From Torpedo marmorata (lineage: Eukaryota), in assembly GCA_977017645.1 (NCBI GenBank), contig OZ360239.1, forward strand, positions 43,586,001 through 43,650,000: DNA of 64,000 bases. The letters run 5' to 3'. A model generated the notes under the pieces. The model did no database searches. It was not told the DNA's origin and saw nothing but the letters and a program-made list of their open reading frames with translations. Position 1 is the stretch's first letter, and every line of letters starts with the position of its first letter. The translations under genes were made by a program, and so were the position numbers. This document shows positions 1 to 14,562 of this stretch, in pieces.

Positions 1-80
1 ATGCTGGAACTTGTCCAAGGCCTTGCTAAAGTCCACATAGACAATGTCTACCATCCTGCCCTCAGCAATCTCCTTGGTCT
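1..80 (-). mobile_element. CR1-type LINE RT fragment
   Basis: Minus strand reads GRMVDIVYVDFSKALDK, the CR1 RT motif (VDvvYlDFsKAFDkV). Confidence 0.7.
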
Positions 81-258
81 TTCTGTATCAGAATCAGCTG
101 AGTTTTTGAGTTTATAAAAATGAGGGTTGGCATTATTCAAACATCCAAGGGGACATGATAGGGTAGTTGCTGAGATGTTTTCATTAATGCAGAGACATAA
201 ACAAGGGGACAGAGGTGCAAATTAAAAAGTGGGTCATTTAAGTGTGAGGCAAGGAGAA

Positions 259-1045
259 ATTTGTGTTCATTTCTGGTCACTTCATTACAGGAAGGGTGTG
301 GAAGCTATGGAAAGGGTGCAGAGGAGATTCACCGGGAAGTTGCCTGGATTGGAAAATAAGTCTTATGATGGAAGGTTAGTAAAGCTAGGACTTTTCAGAA
401 TCAGAATCAGAATTTATTGTCATGAACAAGTCATGAAATTTGGTGTTTTGCGGCAGCATCATAGTGCAATTAACATTCATATTAACCATCTAACGACATT
501 ACTATAAAAAATTATAAACAATAGTGCACGAAAAGTAAGGCAGTGTCTTTGGTTCATTGATTATTCAGGAATCTGATGGCAGCGGGGAAGAAGCTGTCCT
601 TGTGCCGTTAAGTGCTCGTCTTTAGGCTCCTGTACCTTTTTCCCGATGGAAGCAGAGTGAAGAGGGCTGAGAGGTGATGTAATAGAGATCTTCAAGATTC
701 TGAGGAGTCATAGATAAGGTAGACAGCCAGCGCGTTTTTCCCAGGGTGGGAGAAGCAAACACCAGAGGACATCTGTACAAAGTGAAGGGAGGAAGGTTTA
801 GGGGATACATCCGGGGTAAGTTTTTTTTACACAGAGAGTTGTGGGAGCCTGGAATGCCTTGCCAGGGGTGGTGGTGGACGCTGAAACATTAGGGGAATTT
901 AAGAGATTCTTAGACAGGCACTTGGATGAAAGAAAAATAGAGAGTTATGAGGAAGGAAGGGTTTAGTTTGTTTTGGTAGGAATTTATAGGTCAGCACAGC
1001 ATTGAGGGCCGAAGGGCCTATACTGGGCTGTAGTGTTATAAGTTC
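259..1045 (+). mobile_element. CR1-type LINE 3' end, interrupted by a Rex1 fragment
   Basis: CVHFWSLHYRKGVEAMERVQRRFT...LGLF is the CR1 ORF2 C-terminus; it resumes near 669 (aggctgagaggtga...) and ends in the GGGCCGAAGGGCCT 3' UTR. Confidence 0.8.
397..668 (-). mobile_element. Rex1/Babar-type LINE 3' fragment
   Basis: Reverse complement closely matches 28960-29235 and 38612-38878; (ATTCTG)n tail. Confidence 0.8.
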
Positions 1046-1352
1046 TAAATTTCTTATCTCGGAGGATAGTGAACCTCTAGAATTCTCTGTTCTCTGTCCC
1101 AAGGCTAGTGGAAGACAGATCATTAGATAATTGTAAAGTGCAATGAGATAAATACCTGAAGGTTTGAGGGTTATAGTGAACTGGCGCATGAGGAGTTGAG
1201 GCCAGCAAAGACCAACGATTATCAGATTGAATGGCAGGGCAGGTTTGAGGGGCCTAGTGGCCTCTTGCTCCTAGTTTCTTGTATTCTTGTCAGGGGGTGC
1301 CAGGGGTCCATAGGCTGCAATTGATTCAGGTTCTGACAAGCCAACCATGCTT

Positions 1353-1563
1353 CAAGTCAAGTCAAGATAAGTCAAGTTTATTGTCATCTGATTGTACAAG
1401 TACAACCCGACGAAACAGCGTTCTCTGGTCCTTGGTGCAAAGCATGCAGACACACAACCAGACATAACACACATATAGACAAACAATACATATGAAGGAC
1501 AAGTATTTCATCTATATAAATAAATAGATAAATAAATAAATAAATACATAGATAAATAAATAA

Positions 1564-1599
<36 letters not shown>

Positions 1600-2770
1600 A
1601 TATTGCTTTGTACATATAAGATGATTAGTGTGAGCATTTCCTTTAGTCGTTCAGCATTTCACTGCCCGTGGGAGGAAACTGTTCCCCAGCCTGGTGGTGC
1701 TGTCTCTGATACTCCTATAGAAGGTTGACATAATGATGGCCAGTAGCCTTGCCTGCTGCAGTCTTCTCAGGAAGTGCAGTCGCTGTTGCGCCTTCCTGAC
1801 AAGTGAGGAGATGTTGAGTGTCCATGATAGGTCACTAATTAAGTGAACTCCAAGGAACTTGGTGCTCTCCACTCTCTCTACTACAGAGCTGTTGATGTGC
1901 AGTGGAGGGTGGTCGTTCCTGGTCCTCCTGAAGTCCATGTTCATCTCCTTCACCTTGTCCATGTTAAGACTCAGGTTGTCACACTCGCACCATTTCACAA
2001 GATTTTCCACCTTTTCTCTGTAGTGCTACTCATTGTTGTTGCTGCTGAGACCAACTACTGTTGTGTCATCTGCAAACTTGATGACACTGTTGGAGATGGA
2101 TCTGGCGATGGAGTCGTGGATCAGTAGCGTGAACAGGAGCGGGCTGAGCACACAGCCCTGAGGAGCGCCAGTGCTCAGTGTGATGGTTCTCGACGTCTGC
2201 TATTGACCTGGACAGACTGTGGTCTTTCCATTAGGAAGTCCAGGATCCAGTTACAGAGAGGAGTATTGAGTCCCAGTGAGGACAGCTTCTCCACTAGCCT
2301 CTGGGGAATGATCATATTAAATGCCGAGCTGAAGTCAATGAACAGCAGCCTGGCGTATGAAGCATTGTTCTCCAGTTGGGCCAGGACTGAGTGAAGAGAC
2401 AAGAGTATAGCATCATCTTTGGAATGGTTTCTTCATTGGGTTAATTGAAATGGGTCCAGCGTCTCTGGGAGGTGGGCTTTGATGTGTTTCATCACCAGAC
2501 ACTCGAAGCATTTCATTATGGTGGAGGTCAGTGCCACAGGGCAGTAGTCATTGAGGCCTGTTATTGTCGCCCTCTTGGGATGATGGTGGCTGTCTTGAAC
2601 CCTACGGGAACGATGGACTGCTGCAGTAAGGTGTTGAAGATGACCGTGAAGACCTCCGTCAATTAGTGTGCGCAGTCCTTCAGTACCCGACCAGGTATGT
2701 TGTCTGGTCCCACCGCCATGTGTGGGTTCACCTTGGATAGGGTTCTCCTCACCTTGGCCACGGCTATGCA
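1353..2770 (-). mobile_element. Rex1/Babar-type LINE, 5'-truncated with disrupted RT
   Basis: ORF pieces: [71 protein letters not shown]; (GACTT)n tail. Confidence 0.85.
1515..1600. repeat. (AATA)n/(GATA)n compound microsatellite
   Basis: Seen directly, inside the Rex1 3' UTR. Confidence 0.95.
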
Positions 2771-3619
2771 TTGCATGCAACTGAAGAGACAGTACTCAAA
2801 AATTAATCACAAATTGATGGTTCATGTTAAGCTCCATCTCAGAGGTCATTTGTCAAACTAATCAAAGATCAAGTATAGAGATTATGTGAGAAGGGAGAAT
2901 GGGGATATTAGGTTTGGGAAGTGACTGAAAAGAAAACAATCTGACCAGCCAATTGTCAACACTGGTCACTATATACAGTAATTATTACACACCGATATCT
3001 CCTTTCTTTTCACTGGAAGCTTTTCAATGCAGGAATCAAAAACCAACAAAACAACATCTGTTGTCTGGCAACGCCGTATATTTAGTTGGATGATGAATTG
3101 AAGGCAATTTGCAAACATTGCGACTCATCAGCTGGGACCTTTGGGAATGATACTGTTAATGACCCACCTGAAAATAAATGCATCCAGAGATCTGTAGCAT
3201 GGTCATGGGAAACAGAAAGAGGGTGTCTTCAGGAGAGCTTATTTGATAAAGTGGGCACTTTACGTGAAGGAGTAGACCTTGCAGGTACTTGAAGAGCAGT
3301 TATTTCTTCCAATATCAGAATGAACAACACTATTGTCTTCAAATCTCAATGGTTTAAATTCCCCAGTTATTGTTACTATTCCTCTCCCTTTCTTTTAATG
3401 ATGTTGATAAGGCATAAATTCTATTGGTTAAGATGTTAGAAATGATACGAGGGTAAAAAATGGTGTAATAGTTAAGCTGCCAGAATAGTCCATCAGAGGA
3501 TTAACAGCTCAGAGACACGAGTTTAACCCCACCAGTTGCGTTTAATTTCAGTCAATATTCTGAATATAAAAGAAACAAAAGAAATAGTTTTATTGATGAT
3601 AAACTCAAAACTATATGGT

Positions 3620-4950
3620 TGTCACTAGAAAGTTATCTGGTTGAAATGCCCCACAGAGAAGGAAACAACAGCAATATCTGATCTGGCCTGTAATATAACT
3701 CCAAACCTAAATCAAAATGCTTTCTTAAATGGCAAGCAACCACCCAGTTATATTTTAACACAGAATAAGAATAAAATGGAACAGTCCTTGACATCCAAAG
3801 CAGGCACAGCAAAATCACTTCCAGGCTTGTCAACCCAGATGTCCTCACAAATGCTTGGGCCAGGTTTATAAATTGGGAGAGCTGTCGATCAGGCAGGTCG
3901 AGCCACAGCCTGGTTTAGTCAGATTCAGAGTCATTGCTCAAGAATGTGCCAAAAACCTCTGTCACAATTGCTGGACACTTCCTGTCCCATTTGTAGAATA
4001 GATTCACCAAAGGAGTTGGCACCATAGTGTTCAGGTGGGAGGGAGTAGCCCTGGGATTCTTCCAGATTGAATTCAGACCACATATGTTCCAATGGAATTG
4101 GATCAAACACGAGTAAGGAAACCTTTCTCATGTTTGATCCAATGACGTGCATCAGTGACTTTCCATGTTGGCAAACAGTTGGAAGAAGCAGAGAAAGGGC
4201 AAAGGTCCTCCAGGCAGGGGACTTCAATTACCAAGAGTTTTGGCTGAGTCCCACAGTACATAATTGCCAGATCAGGTTTGCAGCAGGTAGTTGGCATCTA
4301 TCCATGAGAGTATGGAAGAGAATGACCACCGCACAGTCCTTGTGGAGACAAAGTCACACCCTCACACTGTGATTTCTTGATCAGAACTGACCTGGTAGCT
4401 AAAGTGGGCATTCATGAGGCATGTATTAGATCAGTGGCAGCAAAAATATACACTGACATAGTCTGTCATAAAGTGACTTACTATCTCCTCATTCTGCAGT
4501 TAAAGTTACGCCAAGATATCAAACCTAACCGATTGAGGAGTCAGAAGTGATAGGTATATCAAAAAATGAAGCGTGAAGCTGCAACACAGGCTCATTTTCA
4601 GACAAAACATCCAAATTAACGAGGAATAAACAGTGTTAAATGATCCCACAACCAGTGGACAAAATTAAAGCTCTGCAGTGTTGGTGAACAACCAATAGGA
4701 GGTGAGGATCTGGGAATATCCCCATCCTCAAAGAAGCTGGAGACCAGCATGTGAGTGCTGCAACAGTGCTGATTCATTTGAAATTATTTTCACTCATAAG
4801 GGCCAAATCCATCTCACCTTCCTCCCGAGATCCCTACCACTATAGAACCAACCTTCAACTAATTCCACTCACTCTATGATATCAGGAAATAACTGGGGCA
4901 TGAGGCACAGCAATAGTGTTAGAACCGGGCAATATCCCAGCTGCAACCAT
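3620..4950 (+). mobile_element. Highly decayed CR1-like LINE (endonuclease region)
   Basis: VLQAGDFN motif (AP endonuclease GDFN) in the 4067-4372 frame; flanks degenerate. Confidence 0.45.
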
Positions 4951-5079
4951 TTTAAATGGATAAAAGAAATAAGGGAGTAATCTTATTTCTCTACATTCTA
5001 TCACAAGAGGAATCCATGTTGTCAACAACCCCTGTTTTTAGATAATAATATAACAATATGATTGAACTGAGTAACTTGG

Positions 5080-5760
5080 ATGATGTCTGACTAATTTATT
5101 GGACTGTTTGAGGATATATCCAGTGGGGTATATGACGAGGGACCACTGGATATGGTGTCTTTGGATTTTCAGAAGGCTTTCTATCAGTTTAAATAGAAAA
5201 GCTCTGGTATTGGGGGTAATATACAAACTTGGATTGCAACTTGGTTAACAGATGATGGAGACTTGGTTAACAGATTGGCAACAAAGGGTAAAAATAAATG
5301 GGTCCATCTGGAAATGACAGCGAGTGACAAGTGGGGCACCATAGAGATTAGTGTTTGAGCCCCAATTATTCACAAGCCATTTGGCTTATATAAAGTTTCT
5401 AAGTCTGATCATAACTCTTTGTGGAAATGTGAGCGGCAATGATGCAAAGAGGCCTCAAAATATGGACAAGCTGTCTGAGTGGACAAAATGTGGTAGATGC
5501 TGTACAATGTGGAAAATGTGAGCTTATCCACCTTGACAGAAGAAAGTAGCAACGATAATTACTTATGAAGCTGAGAAGTGTTGATGTTCAAAGGCACGTG
5601 GGTGTTCCTGGACGCGACACCGAAAAGTAACATGCAGCTGAAACAGACAAGTTGGAAGACAGATAGTATGTTGGCCATAATTGCAAGAGGATCTGAGTAC
5701 AAGTGTAAAATATCTCACTGCAAATAGAACTGATGAAACTCAACTGGAGTATTGTTTGAT
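5080..5760 (+). mobile_element. Decayed CR1 RT region
   Basis: GATATGGTGTCTTTGGATTTTCAGAAGGCTTT (D-x-V-x-L-D-F-Q-K-A-F); GTGACAAGTGGGGCACCA (VTSGxP); AATGTGGAAAATGTGAG. Confidence 0.6.
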
Positions 5761-5954
5761 CTTACCGAAAACAGAATATAATTGCGACAATGACACCACA
5801 AAAGGATTGTCTGCACTATTGCTAAGTCCCTATTTTTGCACTCCGATAACTGAATATTTATTATCTTTTTTTTGTATTTATTTTCTTTCTTTAAATCAAA
5901 TAAGAATACTATTGTGGATTATGCATTTAAAGAGGTTGAATTTGCTGTATTATA

Positions 5955-6660
5955 ATAATAATGAATTTATTGTTATATATATTGTACAATGTACATATGC
6001 ATCAAAATTCTTACCTGCTGCAGCCAAAAGGTTCTTCATAACAAAAAAAACTATTTCATGTATACTAGTGAAGTTAAGAGATAATAAATACAAAAATAGA
6101 TAGATAATACATATTCACAGTGCAAGGAAAAAATGTGGCATTGCAGACAAGTCTTTTGTGAAGTTGGAACAGTCCATGATTAGTGTAACAAAGGGAGGTT
6201 CAAGAGCCTGATAGCTGTTGGAAAGAAAGAAAATGTTCTTGAACCTAGAGGTGTTGTCCTTTTGGCTTCTGTACCTTCTACCCAAAGATAGCAGTGAGAA
6301 GTTGTGACCAGGGTGATAGGGGTCCCACATGATGTTGGCTGCGTTCTTGAGACATTTCCTCACATAATGTATTCAATATATGGGAGGTCAAAGCCTGTGA
6401 TGGACTTGGCTATGTTTGATACCTTCTGTGTTTCTAATCCAGGTTGTGATGTATCAATTCAGTACATTTTCCACAGTGCACGTGTAGAAATGTTATAGAG
6501 TATTCGACGACATGCCAAGACTCCATAGACTTCTTCAAAAGTATCGGCTTTGGCGTGCCTTCTTCATAGTTGCCTCGATGTGCTGGCTCCAGGAGAGGTC
6601 TTTTGAAATATGGATTCTCCAGAAATTGAAGGTTTTGACCCTATCCACTTCTGTCCCACA
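5955..6660 (-). mobile_element. Rex1-type LINE 3' fragment
   Basis: AANIMWDPYHPGHNFSLLSLGRRYRSQKDNTSRFKNIFF, the Rex1 ORF2 C-terminus. Confidence 0.75.
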
Positions 6661-8004
6661 TGTGTTATCACCTTTGTCATTTTTCTAACAAGGTGCTCAT
6701 CGTCTCATTTCTCTGGACCATCAAGAGAAAAAAACAATCAAAATAAAAAGCATAGTGGAGTTTATTTATTAGAATATTGAATGTAAAACAAAGCTCTTGT
6801 ACATTAATTTAGATCATATTTGAAATATTGCATCCTGTTTTGGCCTATTCGTAATTGTTCAGAGGCTGTGGAAAAGTTCAGAGTAGAGTCACAGCGATGA
6901 TTTTCAACTTACAAAAGGTGGTGTCAGTTGAGGAACACGGTTCCATTCTGAAGGAAAGGTTATTTTCATTTGATGATTGCGAGAAATCCAAGGCTCATGC
7001 AACCATAGGACTATTTCAGATGTTAGGTGGTTGATCTTTTACTGGAGAATAGTGAGTATTGGAAAAGCTTTTGGAATGTAGTGAATGTGAATTTTCTCCA
7101 AGTTTGGCAGTTTTCACATTTTTTTCCAAAGGCAGATCAAATTAAATTAAAATTAAATTACCAAGAAATTGATGCATAATCAGAGAGATCTCCCCAAATT
7201 AGTGTTTGACCACTAAAGAGTATCAGGAAAAAAATTTCCTCAGGATTTTTCATCCCCAAATATCATTGTGGATTTTTTTTTATCCTTCTTTGTGCCTTCC
7301 CAGGAGAAGGAGCAATATGGTTGCAGGTGTGAAGCAGGTGGCAAAGCATGATGCTGGACATATTGGACTGCATTTTGAAGAGAAATGCCAGCAGTACTGT
7401 GTATAGTTGCTGGCGTTTCCCTGTATAGATAATGCCAATGTGGAAGCACTAAAACAATCCTGGCAGCTGTTTATCAGCGATCTCCCAACTCTGTTTCAAA
7501 GTTCTGATACATGGCACGAAGCCACAGCAATTTCTAAGCATGTACCCTTGGTTAACCTATGCCTGGTTACACCCGGAATACCCATTTTCTTCACTGATTT
7601 CAAAGGAGTGAAGTGGGAAGGATTAGATGTTAGTTGCTTTAGTATTTTTTCATTGACTGAGCTTATTTTAGATTTTTATTCATGTTTGCATTTTTGAATA
7701 TTTTTAAATATTTAATTAATAGTTTGATTCATTTTTCAGAGTTTTGCAATATTCTTAAATATTTCTGCATGTCAAGAGATATTCAAAGAATTCATAGGTT
7801 TTTGATAAAGGCCTATTCTATTTAAAAAAAAATGTGTGGGCATCGTTTGTTCTCTCCCTCCTATCTCCACACCTCATGATGGATTTATCCTGCTGTGGTA
7901 TATGGCTTTGATGCTGAAGTAGGAGCCAGCACTTTGCTAATCGAGGGAACTGCATAAAATGAGTGTACTGTTTTTACTTTAGGTCAGAGGCAAGCAGAGA
8001 GGCT

Positions 8005-8250
8005 TGGTGCTGCCAGGCTGGGAAATAGCTTCTTCCCGCAGGCTATGAGATTGATGAACGGTATCCTGCAACCGAGTAAATTATTCCAAAATATTTATAT
8101 ATGTATGTATTTTATATTATATCTTTATGTATATAGGTGATTATTATGTGCTATGGATTGCGTGTGTATATGTGTGCACCATGGTCCGTAGAAATACTGT
8201 TTCGTCTGGATGTATATGTCAGTCAGATGATAATAAACTTGAACTTGATA
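8005..8250 (+). mobile_element. Short Rex1-type 3' end
   Basis: CCAGGCTGGGAAATAGCTTCTTCCCGCAGGC (RLGNSFFPQA) and a GATAATAAACTTGAACTTG tail. Confidence 0.7.
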
Positions 8251-11200
8251 ATGTCTGGTGTTTGATTTTGGACATTCCCTCCGCATCAATTTTATTCCTA
8301 ACATATAAATATTATGATATTTAATGAATAAAAAATGAAATTAATCTTACAAATGGAATTGTAAGCTATTGGTTCTGACTAAATAGAGACCAGAAAATGA
8401 ATGATCCATATTGAATTAAATGTTAATAACTAATAGCACATTTCTTTATGTCTAGACGAAGGCAGCAGGTGCTTATGTCTGCAAGGCCATCATTAATTCC
8501 ATTCCCAATTGTTGTACAGCTTTTAACATATCTGTCACTACCAACCTATGCCAGGTGTTGGATAGAAACAACATATATCAGTAGGAAGAGTGATGGAAAA
8601 TTCAGTCTCATCTTACAATTCAATAGCCATGCTCAATTTGGCAAAGCACACCCATAATCTGAAGAATATAACTAGAAAATGCAATCTTTGCTTGAACTGC
8701 ACAAGAGCTTATTGTATATTATATATCAGAATTATAAATTTGAAAATTTTTCTACTAACCATCAGGTCTGAGATTTTATATGCTTTCAGCGAATGTAATG
8801 TTTGGATTCAATCTTCAATCCATTCTGGTAATGCAAAAGAAGTTTCTCTTTAGCTTATACATCAGATCTACATTTGCCACATGCTATGAAATACAACCAT
8901 TTATACTCCTAAGTAGCAACGAATTTTGTAAAATTGAAGTGCAAAGTTGTCAGAAGACTTTCATCATGTAAGCCAACAAAGGTCTGAACATTATGACATT
9001 TCAAAGGAGTCTAGGATTATGTACGATATAATTCTTTAAAATCAGACATTGTTATTTTTCTTCAAAGTACAAAGTACGCCCTTGCTTTTTAATCAGCTTC
9101 CACTCAGTCCTGTAATACAAGCTGTTTGGGTTCAGTGGAGTTGCAGTAGCATCGCTTATTGGAGAATGCAATTTCTCCAGGGTAAAAGCAAAGCTCTACA
9201 TCAAAGCCTGATTGAGCAGAAAATACGTGCTAATGTTCACAGCAGTACTCTATTATATTATAAGTATGCTTGTAAATATTCACTGCATGTTATCACACCA
9301 TTTGAACTATGAATATTGTAAGGTTAAAGGTCACTCCTAATGCTCTCTCATGAGGCAGTAGTTTTAAATATATCTAAATAGAATAATGGTCAATAATACC
9401 CAAAGGGCAAGGGGAGAGGGGGAGTGGTTCGTGGGGTGGGGGTTGGGGGAGGGGGTTGATAATTGGCACATCATAAAGAACAGCAGTGGTGTTTCAAGTT
9501 TTCAAGACAACAAAAATGCTAAACAGATATCTCATAAGCAATCATTATTAATGGAGTGATCTGGTTCACGTTAAACAAGAGACAGCCATTGCAATAAATC
9601 TTTGAGCTCCATTAGTCCACTTAATTCCTCATGGTAGTGAGGTTATAACCTACTCCTGTAGAATTTTATTGTCATGATCCATAATGTATCTTGCCATGTT
9701 TGAAATTCAGAGCTAACATCAACTTTCTTCATCTGTGTGAAATCTGAACTTGTTCAGTTCTGTGTTAAACAGATCACTCATAAACTGGAAAACTTAGTCA
9801 AATAAAATGCAGCAATTTTTCACACTGACATAGTATGTTTTTGGAAGTCAAATGAGTTATTTGAGACTCTCATTAATTTTGAGCCTATATAGATCACCCT
9901 TGATGTATTACATTTTCTAAAGTCAACATTATTAAAAGGCTTAAATGTGATTAAAATAGTCATGAAAAATTATGAGATTTTCTTCACCAACTCAAACTGA
10001 TGTTATTTATAAAAGCATAGAGGAAACCCAAATTTTCTGCAATACATTTAATATGGTGCCCATATTAACACATTATATCCCAATTTGGTTGAGATCAAGG
10101 TAAACATTCGTATCTTGACATTCATGCTAATACATGTCTTCAGCCACCCCTGTAGAGGAGGTCACATTCTGTCACCCATGTACCATGCACCAGCTCAGAT
10201 GTTTACATCTTGCTAAACCAGATGCTAACTCACACATCACAAGTGAACAAAACCACATTGTGGAGAGAGAGATGGCAGGGTTGTCAAAAGGGGCAGGATG
10301 CTTCAATATCTGCCTAGCTCGAAACAGATGCAGCACTTCAGCGGATCTTGAACAGCAGGGCACTTCTTGAACAGCAACAAAGAAAGCTCAAAAAGCTGAC
10401 AATCTAAGCTGCACTGAAGCCTCTTGGAAAATGTCTGGTGGCATCCTTTGTGAGCATAAGTGAAAATGAATCATAGGCAAAACTGATAATGTCTTGTTAT
10501 TGGAGAGTATGGCTGCAATGGTCACATGAAGACCCTACACATTATAAATGAAATTCTAAAACAGATTGACATTTATTCAGCAGAAAATTTGGAAATACTA
10601 AGCAGATCAAATAGCATCTGTGGGGAGAGGTAACAGAGTTTCAGGTTATTATCAATACTCTAAAATTATTCTGATGAAAACCATCAGCGTGAAACAATAA
10701 CTATTTCTCACCGCAGATGTCAGTTGATCTGCTCTGCATTTCCAGCATTTCTTGGTTTTTTTCCTCAGATTTCCAGCATCTGAAGTGTTTTGCTTTTTGA
10801 CAAATAGCCAGCCTTAGGTGGCTTCGCAGCCCACTGTCCCGCAGTAGAATGCTTGGAAGCTCACTACTAGCGTATGTATGGTGAAACCATAGAGGTTCTT
10901 GGACACAGGAGTTGTAGAAGGAGAAAGAGTAAAAATTGGTAATGGCACAAAGGATCTTGCACAATTTTAGCACTTTGAATTTCAGTTCTTTGGATCCACG
11001 TAAATATTAGTTGTTGTCATCGTTTTGTCCACAATTACTTGACGATTTGAGTGCAATGGTGAAACTGATTGCACATAACTTGTCATCAGACCCCTTGAAG
11101 ATCTGATTCAGTCATGCTGCAGTTTCATGGCCTGCAATTTATTGCTATGCAAGAAGGGTAGAGTGCTTGTCAAAACATCTTGGAAAAGGTGAGTGCATTT

Positions 11201-11649
11201 GAAACAGGAACTAGGACTTCCTCATATTTGAGATCATTGATGAAAAAGAAAGAAAATGTTTCAAAGAACTAGATGAGCACTGTGAAAGGGCAGTTGCCAA
11301 GATATCATGAGAGGATGGAAAGACAGAGCTGTACTCAACTAGGTCAGTCTTGTAAGGTCTGGAAAGTCTTTGAGTGATGTCCCATGCACCCAACTTGTTG
11401 AGCCATTTTACATCAAATTCATTGGTTGTGTGTCATGGAAAATTCTTTCTTTGGTGGGTGGATATAAAGTATATCCTTTCTTAACCTGACCTCACCAAAC
11501 CTGGATGATAAACTATAGTAAATCAAAGTTCTCCACTTATACTTTTTGGGACACATCAGAAAACTTTGGATGGCCCTGCAACTCATTCTGATAGCAGAAT
11601 TTTGCTGAACATTCAATTAAAAGCTCAAAGTAATGAATACACATTCCAT

Positions 11650-12045
11650 TTAACATAGTACATCACAGCACAATACAGGCTCTTCAGATAACAAATATTG
11701 TGCTGGCCTATGCAACCTATACTACAACAATCTAACCCTTCCCTGCCTCACACCCATAACTCTCTATTTTTCTTAGATCCATGTTTCTATCTAAGTGTCT
11801 TTTGAATGTCGGTCTTATACCAGCCTCTACAACCACCCCCGGTAATGCATTCGAGGCACCCACCATTCTCTGTGTAAAAATGTTACATCTGACATCTTCC
11901 TTAAACTTTCCTCACTCACCTTACACATATGCCCTATTGTATTTGCTATTGTCATGCTGGGAAAAAAGTCCACCCTCTCTTTCTCCCTCATAATCTTGTA
12001 TACCTCTGTTAAATCACCTCTCATCCTTCATTGCTCCAGAGAGCC
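11650..12045 (-). mobile_element. CR1 LINE 3' end
   Basis: MRGDLTEVYKIM...VDFFP...TIGHMCKV, CR1 C-terminus and 3' UTR. Confidence 0.75.
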
Positions 12046-12204
12046 CTTGCCTTAAATGGTATTTAAGTGGTACGTTGTGAAATTATGTGGTTCTTGGGAG
12101 GCTGCCGGAAATTGCCATGTCTCGAAACTTATTTCTCAGTGTAACTGAATGGGAAGTTTCTCCAATATATACAAATTAAGTCCCAACATTTAAATCTGGA
12201 AACT

Positions 12205-12450
12205 ATCTTGCCAGGATGGAGATGAGGAATCTATGGAAATCTCTGTCCAGGGAAGCAATAGAGGCTGCTCCATTACATGTATTTAAGACAGAGTTAGATA
12301 CATTTGTGCAAGTAAGGGAATTAAGGATTTTGAAGAAAAGGCAGACGTGGAGCTGAGTCCATGGCCAAATCTTCCCTGATCTTATTGAATGGTGGAACAG
12401 GTTCGACAGGACAGATGGCCAACTCCTGCTCCTATTCCTTATGTTTATTC
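12205..12450 (+). mobile_element. CR1 LINE 3' UTR fragment
   Basis: ...GATCTTATTGAATGGTGGAACAGGTTCG...CTCCTGCTCCTATTCCTTATGTT, a typical CR1 3' terminus. Confidence 0.65.
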
Positions 12451-13833
12451 ATTCTGCTGCCTGTCCATTCAGCACCTATTTCCAATTCATTTATCCAGTT
12501 ATTGTAAAAGAAACCATAATAGCTGAACTTACCATTGCCAACAGCATGCCTCCCTCACCCAATCCCACAATTGTCTTGAAGTGTTTTGACCTGAAAAGCT
12601 GACAATTGTTCCCCCCCCCGCCCCCACTGATGCTGCTTGACCCTCTGATATCCTCCAGCAGATTGTATTTTGCTCCAGATCCCAGCATCTGCAGCCTCTT
12701 GTGTCCAAACAATTATGCTTCCCATTCAGAAGTTGGATGATCAATAACACCTACAAGGATCCCGATATGCTCTTCCTTCCTTAACTCATCACGGGGCCTA
12801 CTTCAGTGATTTTGAGCAAAATAATTATCTGCATAGTTTTTTTTTGTTGCTTCCCTTCTCCTCCTAAATGGCAGGCCAATTCATATTTGTTAAGACATTG
12901 AACATTTCTTATTTCAAAAACAATTGAATATCATTTTGTTTTTTTCCAATCTGATACAAATTAAATAAAGGTCCCTTTCTTCACTGACTAGAGAGCCCAA
13001 CATAAAAGGCTTTCTTTTAGTGGTCTCTATCCAGTTGAACATTAATTGGGAGTTTGCATCATAGACCACAAGCATTTTTCCTCCATTAATACAAAATGGT
13101 CCCTAATGAGGCTAGAATAGAAGCCAGAATATCCTGCCTGTGGTATATCTAATCATGAAGTACTTGATGTGGTTAACATAGGATGGAAATGGATTTTCCA
13201 GCAAACACTATCTATCTTAATATGTGAATATTTGAGCCCTTCCTAATCAAATATAATCAAATACAACAGAGAACAGCATCTTCTGATATTTTCTAATTTT
13301 ATCATTTTAGAGTCAGAGTCAGATGGCACAGATATAGGCTTTTCAACCCATCGAGTCCACACTGATCATCAACCAACCATTTATACTCATCCTACATTGG
13401 TCCCACTTGTTTTATTATTCTCCTTATGTTCTCAATAACTGTCCCCCCAGCCTCCAGATCCTACTGCTCACCTACACATCAGGGGCAATTTATAGTGGTC
13501 AACAAGTTCAGTCCAAAGACTTCTAAAAGCTTTTGAGCTATTTGTGCCCATTTGAAAACCCAAATAGGATGGCACAGTGGCACAGCCAGTAACCGTCTTT
13601 GGGATGTGGAAGGAAATTGCGTGTCTGGCACTGTGAGGCAGCTGTTCTATTCACTGCATCACTGTTCCGCCCAATTTGGATTTTCTAACAGTACAAATAG
13701 GTCAAAAGCTTTGGGATGAACCTGCTGAACTAGGCCATCTCTCAGTCACCAGCCAAGCTCATTTTGGCTAGATTAAACATTACAATTTACACCACTTTGA
13801 TAAAAACAAGTGTTCTGTCGGTGTGTCTATGCT

Positions 13834-14345
13834 AGAACTCCCGGTTGCCAACCATTTTAATTCCCCTCACCATTCCCACACAGGAACATCTGTTCTCGCC
13901 TCTTCCATTGCCAGGGTGAAGCCAAAGGTAAACTTGAGGACCAACACATCATATTCTTCCTGGACAGCCTTAAACCTAATGGAATGAACATTGATTTTTC
14001 CAGTTTTAGGTCAACCCCACCTCTATCTGGTTCCACTGTTTCCATATCTTCTTTACCTCCTCCTGTTCATGTTTCTCTCTAACCTTCCCCCCACCCCTTC
14101 CCCCCACCCCTTCCCCAGTGGTCACTACATCTACCTGTCTCTCCACCTCTCCCACCTTTTGTCCAAAACCTTATCATCTTTTAGCCTGTCCCCAGCTTCT
14201 TCACACCCCCCTCATTTGTTTCCACTTTGATATGTCTGATCTTACCCCTTCCTACTTTATTCTCAATAAAGGGACCCAAACCAAAATGTTGCCTGACCAT
14301 TTTCACCCTTGGATACTGTCTGACCCACTGAGCTCCTCTAACTTC
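13834..14345 (+). mobile_element. Penelope-like element 3' fragment (GIY-YIG C-terminus and 3' UTR)
   Basis: ELPVANHFNSPHHSH...HCQGEAKGKLEDQHIIFFLDSLKPNGMNIDFS matches the Penelope endonuclease C-terminal consensus (LEEQHLIFRLGTLQPxGlNxxF). Confidence 0.75.
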
Positions 14346-14562
14346 TCATTACATTACAATTTACGCATCCAGCTTTTGGCATTTTTAAAAAATCTCACTA
14401 AGGAGTATCAATCAGATTGAAGAATCATTAGCCAGAAATTGTCCCTTGCCTTGAAAGCAGCATAGACCAAAGGTTATCGCATTTATTTGTAACAGCTCCT
14501 GATAGGCATAATCTATTATTGCATGTTAAATTCAGTGTACAAACAAAAATGCATACAAATGA

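Noticed and set aside
5681-6103. 140-aa ORF and similar AT-rich short ORFs (e.g. 57067-57492)
   Set aside because: They span repeat junctions or AT-rich non-coding DNA, often with non-ATG starts, and have no protein-like composition.
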